This document shows positions 10,276-19,863 of a DNA stretch of 42,019 nucleotides, in pieces. Source of the stretch: a virus (Duplodnaviria > Caudoviricetes); the IMG/VR virus record IMGVR_UViG_3300045135_001852, positions 1 to 42,019 of that record, one strand, 5' to 3'. Position 1 is the stretch's first letter, and the number at the start of each line of letters is the position of its first letter. Below the pieces are notes generated by a model. That model saw only the letters and a program-made list of their open reading frames with translations. It did no database searches and was not told the DNA's origin. Made by a program: the position numbers and the translations under genes.

Positions 10276-12171
10276 TCAAACAATGTTTGCTCCTGTCTTT
10301 CTATTGATTTTTTGGTTGATTTGTCTGCCAATCTCATCAGCGATTCTTCTCATCTCAGCCTTAGAGGTATCCTTTGCATTGATGGTAATGTTGAAGTTAT
10401 TGACAACAGAACCACCCATCATTTTTGCTGAGGCTTTGTTAGAATGAACTCTTGAACCTGCTGGCAAACTTAAAATTTCTGGCCCTCTTTCTCCAACAAT
10501 ACTCATTCCAGTAGGCGTTGTTCCACCATCTGCAAAGAACCTCTTTTTGAAGAATTTGATAAGAGCAACAACACCCCCGATAATTGCGGTAGCGATAACA
10601 AAGGGCCATCCTATGAAAATAGCCGCTAAGACAGCAACACCCAATGCAATTTTTTTAACTGCATTTTGTAAATCCCCTGTAAGAATACTTGTCCCCCAAG
10701 CAATAATCCTATCAAAAATGTTTGCTACAAATGCTTTGCCAATAGTAAGTAAAACCTCAATGCCAAGTTTCAATGTAGTAAATGCTATTTCTAACAAACT
10801 CCATGCTATTCCCCAAACACCCATTAAAACCTGAATTAAATCACCATCTTTAAAGCCGTTATAAATATCCATAAAACTTTCTTTTAGAAGGGTTAAACTA
10901 CCCGAAAATGCTCTTCTAAAATTAGGCCAATCGTTCTTAATAAACTCACTAAGTTTAGTTAAAACATTCTGTATAGGTTTTCTAAAGAAAAACATAAGCA
11001 TAAACAACGCTGTCATGTATATCATGATAGTGAACATAAACTTCATAGCCATCTTTAAGTAGCCAAATAGCCCTTTAATTAGACCATCTGGAAAAGCCTT
11101 AGCCCACGCCTTGAAAATAAAATTGGAAGAAGTTTCTAAAATTTTCTTTGTGCCACTCAAAATAGCAGTAAATGGGCTATTTAGCATACCTGTTAAAATA
11201 GCATCACTTAAAAATCCTTTTGTTCCAAGAGGGGCTAAAATTTCTGTTAAACCTTCTAATTCGTCTCTTTGTTGCTGAGTTCTTCTTGCTGAAGGTATTG
11301 CCTTAAGAGACCTTAATTGTGTTTCTCCTTCTTCTATGGTATTAAACCTACCTCTTGAAATAGTGGCTAAATTTGTTTCAACGGCTCTTTTAGTATCTTC
11401 TCTCTCTTGTTGAAACCCTTCTTTAAATTTGCCTACTCTTGGAATTTTACCCAACGCTTTAACAGCGGTTCCAATAATATTTCCGCCACCCTGTTTCATA
11501 TCTTCTCGCATTTTATTAATTGTTTCTTGAAGATTTATATAATCTTCACTTTCTTCACTTAAGCCCTTTTGCTTTTCTTTTAATGCATCAATATCCTTTT
11601 GATAATCTTCTGTGCTTCTTGAGGCTCTTCTTGTAGCACTACCAACTGCTTGTAAAATAGAAGCAGTTTTGTTTAATGCCCTAAAAGTGCCTGGAGGAAA
11701 GAAACCATACATGATTTTTCTAATTTTAGCACCTTCTTGACCAAAAATAGTAATTTCTTCTCTTGTTCCCGAAATACCTTCCGCAATAAATTCAAAAATG
11801 TTTCCTCCAGCCTCCATATAGGCTTTACGAGCATCTCTTGAAAATATTTCAAAGGACTTCCCTTGAGAGTTTAAATCCTCAATAGCCTTTGTTAAAACGG
11901 TGGTTCTTTTGTTGAAGTTTGATACAACTTCTCCTACTCTATTTACTTCTTGTCCAAATTCATTAACAAGAAGTTTTCCATCTCTTACCAATTTACCCTT
12001 TTTATTATAGGTAATATTGAGTGCTTTCATAGTTGCAGTCTCTTTTTTAAGAGCCTTTTCCGCTTCTTCGCTTGCTTTAGCAGCATCTTCTCTTGCTTGA
12101 TTTTGTAATTTAATGAATGCCTCAAACTGTTCGTTGAGTTTTTGCATTTGTGCAACCATTCGGGCAGACAT
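10276..12171 (-). CDS. Tail tape measure protein (631 aa)
   Basis: Helical/coiled-coil N-terminus, two hydrophobic segments, typical C-terminal FADGG...VGERGPE...P.GSRVHSN motif; follows the tail chaperones. Confidence 0.85.
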   Translation of the reverse strand: MSARMVAQMQKLNEQFEAFIKLQNQAREDAAKASEEAEKALKKETATMKALNITYNKKGKLVRDGKLLVNEFGQEVNRVGEVVSNFNKRTTVLTKAIEDLNSQGKSFEIFSRDARKAYMEAGGNIFEFIAEGISGTREEITIFGQEGAKIRKIMYGFFPPGTFRALNKTASILQAVGSATRRASRSTEDYQKDIDALKEKQKGLSEESEDYINLQETINKMREDMKQGGGNIIGTAVKALGKIPRVGKFKEGFQQEREDTKRAVETNLATISRGRFNTIEEGETQLRSLKAIPSARRTQQQRDELEGLTEILAPLGTKGFLSDAILTGMLNSPFTAILSGTKKILETSSNFIFKAWAKAFPDGLIKGLFGYLKMAMKFMFTIMIYMTALFMLMFFFRKPIQNVLTKLSEFIKNDWPNFRRAFSGSLTLLKESFMDIYNGFKDGDLIQVLMGVWGIAWSLLEIAFTTLKLGIEVLLTIGKAFVANIFDRIIAWGTSILTGDLQNAVKKIALGVAVLAAIFIGWPFVIATAIIGGVVALIKFFKKRFFADGGTTPTGMSIVGERGPEILSLPAGSRVHSNKASAKMMGGSVVNNFNITINAKDTSKAEMRRIADEIGRQINQKINRKTGANIV

Positions 12172-12175
12172 AAAA

Positions 12176-12367
12176 TCACTTCTTTTTACTTGCTTTTTCC
12201 ATTTCTTCTGCTTTTAATAATTCTATATTTCTGTGAACTATTAATAGGTCTTTTACCAAAGATGCTGGCATTTTGTATATTTCTAGGGGGCTTATTGCTA
12301 ATGCTTTCGCTAAAGTATATACGATGATTAAAGAGTAGTCGTCATAAGAGGCTTTACCTCCCTTCAA
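12176..12367 (-). CDS. Tail assembly chaperone C-terminal extension (gpT-like), probably reached by -1 frameshift
   Basis: In the -1 frame relative to the upstream chaperone and open from the A AAA AAC site; motif LAISPLEIYKMP is typical of gpT-like segments. Confidence 0.7.
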   Translation of the reverse strand: MKGGKASYDDYSLIIVYTLAKALAISPLEIYKMPASLVKDLLIVHRNIELLKAEEMEKASKKK

Positions 12368-12375
12368 AACCCTCC

Positions 12376-12747
12376 TTATTCTTCGTTTTTTTCTTCATCC
12401 TCCTGCGAATCCGAGAAAGGATTTGGAAGGACTTCTTTAAGTTGATTCCCAATGTAGGGAGTCAAGCGGAGAATATCAACCGCAGAAAGCGATGGTTCTG
12501 TCTTAACGATGAAGTTTTCAACCATGAATCTAAACATAGCGTTTAAATCAATATCCATGTCTTGACGCTTTGCATCAATTTTCATCATGGCGTTCATGGC
12601 TTTGTCCACCTCAAGCCATGTAGGTTCTTTTACCCACACTTTGAGATATTCATCACTTTCTGGTGCTACACGAATATAGTGTAGTTTTGGCTCGGTTAGC
12701 GCAAATAGCGCACTTTTGTCAGATACAGTTTTCTTATCATTTAACAT
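12376..12747 (-). CDS. Tail assembly chaperone (gpG-like)
   Basis: Acidic ~123-aa ORF between tail tube and tape measure; RBS AGGTGG precedes the ATG at 12747; slippery site near its 3' end. Confidence 0.75.
   Translation of the reverse strand: MLNDKKTVSDKSALFALTEPKLHYIRVAPESDEYLKVWVKEPTWLEVDKAMNAMMKIDAKRQDMDIDLNAMFRFMVENFIVKTEPSLSAVDILRLTPYIGNQLKEVLPNPFSDSQEDEEKNEE
12385..12391 (-). promoter_or_regulatory. -1 programmed ribosomal frameshift heptamer A AAA AAC
   Basis: Zero frame reads GAA AAA AAC GAA GAA TAA. The -1 frame continues CGA AGA ATA AGG AGG GTT TTG AAG GGA GGT into ORF 12176..12367. Confidence 0.75.
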
Positions 12748-12795
12748 ATTCTCCACCTTCTAACCAACAAACAAACAAACGGTGTTGGTGGAATA

Positions 12796-12900
12796 TCATT
12801 CTGCTAATTTGGATTTCTTTGGTTCTTCCTTAACGACCTTTTTCTTCTTGGCTTTAGCCTTTTGCTCCTCAATGTAGCGGGCTTTTTCATACTTATCCAT
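12796..12900 (-). CDS. Small Lys-rich protein (34 aa, MDKYEKARYIEEQKAKAKKKK...)
   Basis: GGGTGA RBS 4 nt before the ATG; fills the gap after the tail tube gene. Confidence 0.5.
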   Translation of the reverse strand: MDKYEKARYIEEQKAKAKKKKVVKEEPKKSKLAE

Positions 12901-12904
12901 GTAA

Positions 12905-14533
12905 TCACCCCTGCAAAACCCAATGAGTCTTAACTTCACACAGATGTAAGTCTCTTGGCATAACAGTTGCTTCAACAGTAATTGGCCCCTTATCATCGGG
13001 AACCGTGTAGTTGGCAGCGTTAATCATATAATTCTTAAATTGGAGTTTAATTTGTTCACCATTTGCCTTGTCAAAGAGCAACTGAATCAAACCGTTATCA
13101 TCAGTAAGGGCCGTTCCAGTCTGCTCTGCTTGGTCAAACAATTCTTCAAACAGTCTGTTATCTGTAACCAATGCAGTAAATGATAACTCATAGTTTCGGA
13201 AAGAGGGAATATCCGATTTAAGACCCTTATTTCCAATGCCGACGAATCTTCTTTCTTGGAGGTTATTGTTGATAGTCAAACTGAGGTTGGTAATCTTAAG
13301 GAATTGTTCACCGAAGATAGTGAAAGAACCCGAAGAGAAGAAGAATGGTTCAAGTAATTCTTCACTATCGGCAGAGTCGTTAAGGTTGAACAGGTTGTCG
13401 TTATCGCTACCTGCACCACCTCTTGCTTCATACTCTTCATTGGTCTTCAAGCGGTGGATTCCTCTTGTATTCAAATCCATCGTCATTTTCAATTCTTCGT
13501 TCTCATTTGCCGTAAGCGTGAGCGTTTGAACACGATTGCCTCTTGCGATTCGCACAAAGTTATGCGACTCGGTGGCTAAGGTTGTGTCCAATGTTCGGAA
13601 AGTGTTTGCAGATTCCAATTTGCTAAGGGTTTGTTCAAGAGCAAATGAAGGCAATTCTTCACCGTTGGCTTCGGTAAAGGTGTAAGTAATAGGGGCCGTT
13701 AAAGCAGTGGCAGTCGTCGTAGTGCGAGTTAATGTTTCGGTATTGGCTAACAAATCAAGATTAGCAATAAGGGGCGGAGTTAATGCTGTCCCTGCCGTTC
13801 CTGTTGCGCCATAACCTGTTTTGTAAAAAATTGGGCCTTGACTCAAATGGGTTGTAATGGTTCCTTCTCCTCCACCAACATTACCATTGTCAATAAAAAC
13901 TTTACCAGCCGCACCAGCAATAGTGCTGATAGGATTTGTTGCAGTAGTGGTAGCAATAACTTGAGAACAGGAACCTAAAGCATAGTATAAGAAAGCACCG
14001 TGATTAGCGACTAAATTAATGCTTCCCCCGCTTGCGGTCTCAATACCCTTGTATTGGTATTCATAATTTCTTGTTGTTCCGAGGGCTAAATTGACCTGCT
14101 TGACCTCAACATCAACATTTGGGAAGGTAGCCGATTCAACAACTCCTAACCAATTATCTGCATTTAGTCTTTTAACACTTGAATTTTTTTGCCCGATACA
14201 TGGCGCACCATAACTTCTAATAATGAAGAAATCGCTATCATCAGTCGCCAAAGTCAAGGTATGAGCAGGGGAAATGGTAATAGTATCATCGGTATTTGCC
14301 GTGATAATGTGAGAAGAAGCAGGCTCGGTAGTGGAACTGGAAGCATCGTATAAATCAAGAACACAACCAACATAAATATCTTCAACGAGAAGATAGTTGT
14401 TTTTAAATCCAGCAACGGCTTGAAGCGTAGTTGTTGCGCTTTCGCTTGCGTCAATTTCAATGTATAAATCCGTTTCTGGCACTAACGCCAGATTTGCTCC
14501 GCTTCCTAAAAATATGTCCGTATTAATCGCCAT
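12905..14533 (-). CDS. Major tail (tube) protein with inserted domains (542 aa)
   Basis: Sits between tail terminator and chaperones; tube-like motifs LPSFALEQ, LTLTANENEELKMTMDL, ITNLSLTINNNL, YELSFTALV. No sheath gene is seen, so a siphovirus-type tail is inferred. Confidence 0.75.
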   Translation of the reverse strand: MAINTDIFLGSGANLALVPETDLYIEIDASESATTTLQAVAGFKNNYLLVEDIYVGCVLDLYDASSSTTEPASSHIITANTDDTITISPAHTLTLATDDSDFFIIRSYGAPCIGQKNSSVKRLNADNWLGVVESATFPNVDVEVKQVNLALGTTRNYEYQYKGIETASGGSINLVANHGAFLYYALGSCSQVIATTTATNPISTIAGAAGKVFIDNGNVGGGEGTITTHLSQGPIFYKTGYGATGTAGTALTPPLIANLDLLANTETLTRTTTTATALTAPITYTFTEANGEELPSFALEQTLSKLESANTFRTLDTTLATESHNFVRIARGNRVQTLTLTANENEELKMTMDLNTRGIHRLKTNEEYEARGGAGSDNDNLFNLNDSADSEELLEPFFFSSGSFTIFGEQFLKITNLSLTINNNLQERRFVGIGNKGLKSDIPSFRNYELSFTALVTDNRLFEELFDQAEQTGTALTDDNGLIQLLFDKANGEQIKLQFKNYMINAANYTVPDDKGPITVEATVMPRDLHLCEVKTHWVLQG

Positions 14534-14563
14534 GTTGTTTTCCTCCCCTATTCAACAAACTTA

Positions 14564-15076
14564 CTAGGGAATACTTACTGCAAATCGTTTCGCTTCTAAA
14601 CTTACTTTATATCCAAATAATCGCTTTGCTCGGTCATTTGATTCGCTTCGTGAACCTACAAATAATTGCTGAAAACGAGAACCGTCTGTTGCGGTATAAC
14701 CTGTGCGTTTGCTCTCAAGAACCCTACGAAGTATCAAGTATATAGCCCTTAGCCTATCTTTGCCGTAGTCGGCATCCAGTCCCGACCTCTCATCATGCAG
14801 AACCCGAATGTGCAAAGTAAATGAGTAAGTCTCATTTCTAACATCGTAATGGACTGTTCCATATTCAATATTTTGTGAATCTTCAAAAACCACAATGGTA
14901 GCGGGGTATTGGTTCAAATCAACACGCACACCTTTATTTGCCGCAGTTGTCCGAATATCAATAACTTCGGGAGTAACTGCATGGGAGGCACTAATGTCTC
15001 CACTTGAAACCAACGCCGTAGCATTTGAAGACCAATTATTATTGATTAAATCTATGAGTAAAGAGACTTCATCCAT
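14564..15076 (-). CDS. Putative tail terminator / completion protein (170 aa)
   Basis: Size, position just before the tail tube, and pattern YPATIVVFE...YSFTLHIRV...LRRVL. Confidence 0.55.
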   Translation of the reverse strand: MDEVSLLIDLINNNWSSNATALVSSGDISASHAVTPEVIDIRTTAANKGVRVDLNQYPATIVVFEDSQNIEYGTVHYDVRNETYSFTLHIRVLHDERSGLDADYGKDRLRAIYLILRRVLESKRTGYTATDGSRFQQLFVGSRSESNDRAKRLFGYKVSLEAKRFAVSIP

Positions 15077-15261
15077 TTCTCCACCTCCGCCTCAAGTTGC
15101 CTGTTAATATATTTTTCATACTCTTCCATAGCAAATTTCATTACTTCTTCTTCGGAAAAGGATATGTCATAACCAAGCGAAAGTGACAATTCATCCATAG
15201 CAAGTTTTCTTTCTTTTTGAATCTGCAATATTTCATCAAACACCTTCATGTCAAACGCCAT
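15052..15261 (-). CDS. Hypothetical acidic protein (69 aa), neck region
   Basis: RBS AGGTGA; overlaps the next gene. Confidence 0.55.
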   Translation of the reverse strand: MAFDMKVFDEILQIQKERKLAMDELSLSLGYDISFSEEEVMKFAMEEYEKYINRQLEAEVEKWMKSLYS

Positions 15262-15269
15262 CGTATCAC

Positions 15270-16598
15270 CTAATCAATAAAATACACGATGTCCGATTTA
15301 CCTTTTAGAATGTCCATAGCCTCTTGCTTGAGAATATCGTATTTTTCTTTGGTTGAAATATTTGCTCCTGTTTCTGCAATTAATACACTTTGGTCATCAT
15401 GCCGAATAATTTCAGCCGCAACAAGTTTAGTAGTTGCTTCGTGAACGGCGGCGGGGACTCTTGCATTTCCAGCAACATAAGAAACCAATACTGAATTTCT
15501 TGTATGATAGGGATAATCTTGCAAAAAGAAAATACGCCCTTCTTCCCCAAGTAACCAATAGTCGCCTGTTCTTTTCATATCCTCCTTATCCGTAAATGCG
15601 GTCAAGGTGCAGACTGTTGGAATTTCATCAGTAGCCGTAAATGTTCCTGTTCCCAAACCAGTATTTGTTGCGGCGGCAGACATGGTAATGTTTGTTGAAT
15701 CCACGATTGCACTAATTGTTGTCCCTGCGGGAATGTGGTTATTATTGTCTTCAATAACCATGCCAACCTTAAGTTTAGAAGAGTCAGCCACGACAAGGTT
15801 AGTGCTGGCGTTGGTGTGTGTGAGTGCTTGTTTTGTCGTAGCCTTGATAACGCAATCGGCCCCATCATCCCCCGAAAGTAGGGAGGAAATGAGAACGATG
15901 CCCCCGTTTCCTTCCTCTTTTTGAGCAAAGAAAAAGTCCGAAAGCGATAAATTAGAAGATGTTAGGCTTTTGTTAGAGGTAGACCCAGTATATTGAGAAG
16001 TGCTTGGAAACTCCTCATTAATTAGATGAGTAATTTCTGTGGCGGTTGTTTTGATTCCAAAGGTGTTACAAAATTCATCATTTGCTATATTGTTAAGTGT
16101 ATTTTCAGCAACCATTTCAAACTCAACACCGCTATTTGGCAATTGGAGAATAATAGAATGTATGTCTCTAAAGTTTTCATGGAGTTGAATTTTTGCTTGA
16201 GCAGATGCAATCTCTTTATATCCACTACCAGACCAAACCTGTAAAGAAACAATTTTGCGAACTTTCATTTGTCTTAATTGAATAAATCCGACATAACCAC
16301 CATAAAGAGTTTGGCCTGGATGATTTGAGTATTGAAAGTTATGTATTTCTTTTTTGGTAACAATTGGTCTGTAACTTCTTTTTAGTTTGTCATCAACTGT
16401 TCCTTCAATTCTTTTAATGATAGCACCAACTTGTTTAATTGTTGGATAAGTTGTTGTCCCAAATTCGGGAACTTGGAGTAAGTGAGCAACAGATTTGTAG
16501 TCAGTATAAAATCCATAACCATCCGAATAAGATTGAGCAAATGCACTACCTGTATGATATGAGTTATCATAATCGCTTGGTGAGGTAGTAATTGACAT
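15270..16598 (-). CDS. Head-tail adaptor (connector) protein with large insertions (442 aa)
   Basis: C-terminal VLVSYVAGNARVPAAVHEATTKLVA matches the head-tail adaptor signature (V.V.Y.AG...P..V..A); RBS AGGTGA. Confidence 0.65.
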   Translation of the reverse strand: MSITTSPSDYDNSYHTGSAFAQSYSDGYGFYTDYKSVAHLLQVPEFGTTTYPTIKQVGAIIKRIEGTVDDKLKRSYRPIVTKKEIHNFQYSNHPGQTLYGGYVGFIQLRQMKVRKIVSLQVWSGSGYKEIASAQAKIQLHENFRDIHSIILQLPNSGVEFEMVAENTLNNIANDEFCNTFGIKTTATEITHLINEEFPSTSQYTGSTSNKSLTSSNLSLSDFFFAQKEEGNGGIVLISSLLSGDDGADCVIKATTKQALTHTNASTNLVVADSSKLKVGMVIEDNNNHIPAGTTISAIVDSTNITMSAAATNTGLGTGTFTATDEIPTVCTLTAFTDKEDMKRTGDYWLLGEEGRIFFLQDYPYHTRNSVLVSYVAGNARVPAAVHEATTKLVAAEIIRHDDQSVLIAETGANISTKEKYDILKQEAMDILKGKSDIVYFID

Positions 16599-16607
16599 CT
16601 ATTTCAC

Positions 16608-18002
16608 CTACAAAGTAATACCAAAAGAAAATTCTAAATCGTAAAGCCTTTCCCTCAAAAGGTCAATATTTTCAGTAAAGTCTTGAGACACAGGTGCTTG
16701 TTTTGAATAAGGAGAAAATTCCCATTGGGCTTTCTTAAAAGTATATCTTTTGAATTGCATTTCCGCATTCTCTAAAAAGGCAATGATTTTCTTTTTTGTA
16801 TTTTCAAATTTTTTGTATTGGTCGGAACCGTCGTCTTCACCCTTTTCTTTTTTGGGGGCTTTGATTTTAGCAGTTATTTTCCGAAGATAAATCTCATCTA
16901 ATCTTTCAGTTGTGCCAACTAAATTATCTTCTAATTCTTTTTTTGGGAGGGCTCTATCAAATCTTTCAAAAGCGTCAAGTTTTATTGTCCCTAAAGTTAA
17001 TTTATCAACTTCCCCCAATAAAAAATCATTCATTTTAATTGCTTGACCGATTTTGTCAATTTTATCCACGACTTCTTTGGTTCTAATATTGAGTTTAGAG
17101 ACCCCTACTTTCTTTGAGATGTCCACACCCTGCCCCCACGAAATTTTAGGAACCTCTAACCATTCACCAGAAAAAACATCATACTTACCTATTTCTTCTT
17201 GCTTTGCCATTTTTAATTTATCATAGTAGTCATCTAAATCACTACTTGGTAAAATTTCATACTCTTTTTCTTGGCGAAGATTATATCTATATTGAATCTT
17301 TTCTAATAAAAGCATTTCATTCACTTCTTCAAGAAGGGGAATTTCTTTGATTAATTGCCTTTGTTGTTGATTTGTTAATTCATTAAATGGTTTTTTAAAT
17401 TTTGATTTTGCTGCCTCTTTTCTGTTAATTTCCACGCTTTCTTTTATCTTTTTTAATAAAGGTAAAAATCCTTTTGTTTTTTCGGCAGAAATTGTAATAT
17501 AAACGGGAGTATCATATACAACAACTCCTTCTTTCATTTCTTTTTCATACCAATCCTTTACATCAAAAGAAGGTATTTTTTCCATATCCCTACCAAAAGT
17601 TAAACCCGACCACCCTCTTAGGACATCGTAATCTTTTTGGTTTTTATATGCCTCATACAAAGTAACTTCATCAATATATTCTATTAACACAGTATTTGGG
17701 GTTTTGCTTCCTTCCTTTGTTAATTGCTGCCAACCTTCAAGGCTTCTATAAAATTTCTTAGAAATTTCTTTATTGTTGATAATCTCTTTGGAAAATTCAC
17801 TTATAATTCCTTTGAAATTTTCTTGCTCATCGGCATTTAATTTCTGCATCCCTTCTTCTAACATTTCAACAGTTAGAGTATTATCGTCGTGTTCCTTTAA
17901 GTTTGAAGAAGTAATATAAGTTTCTAAAATTTTCTTAATGACATCTTTTTGCTTAGGCAAGGTATATACCGCACCTAATCCGAGGTCAATAGAATATTGC
18001 AT
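16608..18002 (-). CDS. Hypothetical K/E-rich protein (464 aa)
   Basis: Long ORF in the operon with a GAGG RBS; no recognisable motif. Confidence 0.7.
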   Translation of the reverse strand: MQYSIDLGLGAVYTLPKQKDVIKKILETYITSSNLKEHDDNTLTVEMLEEGMQKLNADEQENFKGIISEFSKEIINNKEISKKFYRSLEGWQQLTKEGSKTPNTVLIEYIDEVTLYEAYKNQKDYDVLRGWSGLTFGRDMEKIPSFDVKDWYEKEMKEGVVVYDTPVYITISAEKTKGFLPLLKKIKESVEINRKEAAKSKFKKPFNELTNQQQRQLIKEIPLLEEVNEMLLLEKIQYRYNLRQEKEYEILPSSDLDDYYDKLKMAKQEEIGKYDVFSGEWLEVPKISWGQGVDISKKVGVSKLNIRTKEVVDKIDKIGQAIKMNDFLLGEVDKLTLGTIKLDAFERFDRALPKKELEDNLVGTTERLDEIYLRKITAKIKAPKKEKGEDDGSDQYKKFENTKKKIIAFLENAEMQFKRYTFKKAQWEFSPYSKQAPVSQDFTENIDLLRERLYDLEFSFGITL

Positions 18003-18012
18003 TTCAATCCTC

Positions 18013-18660
18013 TCACATTAACCATTTAGCCCAAGCCGCCCCTTTTTGGATAGCAGAACCTAAATGAAGACCACTTGAAGGGGGCTCATAACTCATTTGT
18101 CCTTGAGCATCAATCCAATATGGCCTTCCATAGCCGTCTGTTCCACTTGGAGGGACAGGGTAGCCTGTTCCGTTGTTCATAGCACCCTGCATTTGCTGGT
18201 ATTGCTGTGTTTGTCCCGTAATACCTGCGATAGCCATACCTGCTGTTGGTTGGCCCATTCCACTACCAAACCCTTGAGACTCAAGATACTGTTGTTTTGC
18301 TAACTTTCTTTGATTTACTACTTCCGTATTAATAGCGGCATTTAGAATCTTTTGAATATCTAAATCAATATTTTCTTGAGTAATCTTTTCAAACTCTCTC
18401 ATAGCATCTGAATTGATGGTAATGTTACCAGCGTTGGTTGTAAAAGATAGTTGAGCGAGCATTTTAGAAACAACTCTTTCAACGACATCTTCCATCATTT
18501 TTTCAAGAGCAGTTAAAAACATCTCCCCATGATATTGGAAAAACTCTTCCACATGGTTATCCTGTAAAGAAAGTAAGTTATTTACATTCTTAAACTGCTG
18601 GTCATTTTGCGCTTGAACCGCATTTAAAACGGTTCCATTACTTGTTCCGAATACTCCCAT
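18013..18660 (-). CDS. Hypothetical protein with Q/G-rich region and amphipathic C-terminus (215 aa)
   Basis: ORF with GGAGG RBS; ends LGSAIQKGAAWAKWLM. Confidence 0.7.
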   Translation of the reverse strand: MGVFGTSNGTVLNAVQAQNDQQFKNVNNLLSLQDNHVEEFFQYHGEMFLTALEKMMEDVVERVVSKMLAQLSFTTNAGNITINSDAMREFEKITQENIDLDIQKILNAAINTEVVNQRKLAKQQYLESQGFGSGMGQPTAGMAIAGITGQTQQYQQMQGAMNNGTGYPVPPSGTDGYGRPYWIDAQGQMSYEPPSSGLHLGSAIQKGAAWAKWLM

Positions 18661-18662
18661 AT

Positions 18663-19316
18663 TTATTCCTCCGTTTCCTCAACTTCCTTTGCCTTAACTT
18701 CGCCTTGAATCATCAAATAGTTTAATCTATCTGCCAAGATATTGATTTGCCCGACAATTTCAATGGCCTCATTCGTGGCCGACCTATTATCTTGTAGGGT
18801 GGGTGGTTTAATAAAATAACCTGCGGCGGTGAGTGAAGCGACATCGTTCTTGCTTAGGTGAGTGAGGGGCTTTCCCGACAACGCCTTAGGCATTCTTGGC
18901 TTGAAAGCCTTGAAGTCCAAACCATGCTTCTCAGCAAGAATTTGTTGCTCAAGCATTTCCAACTGTTTGAACATAGCAGAGTGTTTAGGGCAATAGGTTC
19001 CTCTCAATGGTCTTCCTTTTGTTACTCTTTCTAAAGGAATTGGAGGCCTCAAGAAATCCCCCGATTCCCAAAGGTGATGCATTCCACAAACAACGCAACG
19101 GTCTTTGAGATTAAATTTCTTTCCGAACCTAAAGAACAAAAATGATTTCGGTTCAGGCAAAAGAACCTTAATGAGTTCTTTTTCTTTCTTTTTTGGTTTA
19201 ATAGCCATAAACTGGTATTCAACCACTTGTCCTGTTGTTCTTGCTTGTTCAATTGGATTCAACAATGGGTTGAATGCCATTGGTGCGTTCTGTCCTATAA
19301 TTTGTTGTTGATACAT
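18663..19316 (-). CDS. Putative Zn-binding protein (CVVCGMHH...YCPKH)
   Basis: Cys/His ligands and a helical C-terminus; probable start MYQQQ overlaps the upstream stop (TGATG). Confidence 0.65.
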   Translation of the reverse strand: MYQQQIIGQNAPMAFNPLLNPIEQARTTGQVVEYQFMAIKPKKKEKELIKVLLPEPKSFLFFRFGKKFNLKDRCVVCGMHHLWESGDFLRPPIPLERVTKGRPLRGTYCPKHSAMFKQLEMLEQQILAEKHGLDFKAFKPRMPKALSGKPLTHLSKNDVASLTAAGYFIKPPTLQDNRSATNEAIEIVGQINILADRLNYLMIQGEVKAKEVEETEE

Positions 19317-19858
19317 CACATAGTCCCCCATCTATTTTTCTCTTTATCTTCTTTATCGTAGTGTCTCTGTTCAATAGGCTTTACTTTTTTAACCTTTAAA
19401 TTTTGAGTATTCCAGATACAACCTGAATCCATGTCCCATCCATAAAACATATCCATGATGGCTTCTTCATCTCTGCTAACAGAATAAATTGGTTTTACCC
19501 ACGATTTATAATTTAATAATTCTATTCCATCATATGTGTAAGCAACAATATCCCATTTTATTACCACTCTATAAGGGCCAACTTTAAGGCCAAATTTTTC
19601 ATAAAAGTCTTTAGCATCTTCAAAATTTTTGATTTGTAAAATGTTTGATTGGGAAGTGTCCAAATACAAAATATATTTATATGAACGCAACCAACCATAA
19701 TCAACCATATTTCTTCTCATCCACCCACTTCCTAAACTAAACGAATACCATAAGCCTGTGGGTTTCATGCCTTCTTTTTGTCTTTTATTTTCTTTTGTTA
19801 TTTTATCGTTTTTACTAAGAGCAATTCTTTGAAGTGCCTTAATAATATCAAACCACAT
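19316..19858 (-). CDS. Tagged accessory protein (MWFDIIK), possible ADP-ribosyltransferase-like fold
   Basis: N-terminal W-x-x-I-I-K tag; motifs KPTGLWYS, YDGIEL, GWDMDSGCIWN. The fold assignment is tentative. Confidence 0.5.
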   Translation of the reverse strand: MWFDIIKALQRIALSKNDKITKENKRQKEGMKPTGLWYSFSLGSGWMRRNMVDYGWLRSYKYILYLDTSQSNILQIKNFEDAKDFYEKFGLKVGPYRVVIKWDIVAYTYDGIELLNYKSWVKPIYSVSRDEEAIMDMFYGWDMDSGCIWNTQNLKVKKVKPIEQRHYDKEDKEKNRWGTM

Positions 19859-19863
19859 AATAA

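Noticed and set aside
12905-14533. 542-aa protein as a contractile tail sheath
   Set aside because: The size is sheath-like, but the motifs and position directly before the chaperone and tape measure genes, with no separate tube gene, fit a tube protein with insertions.
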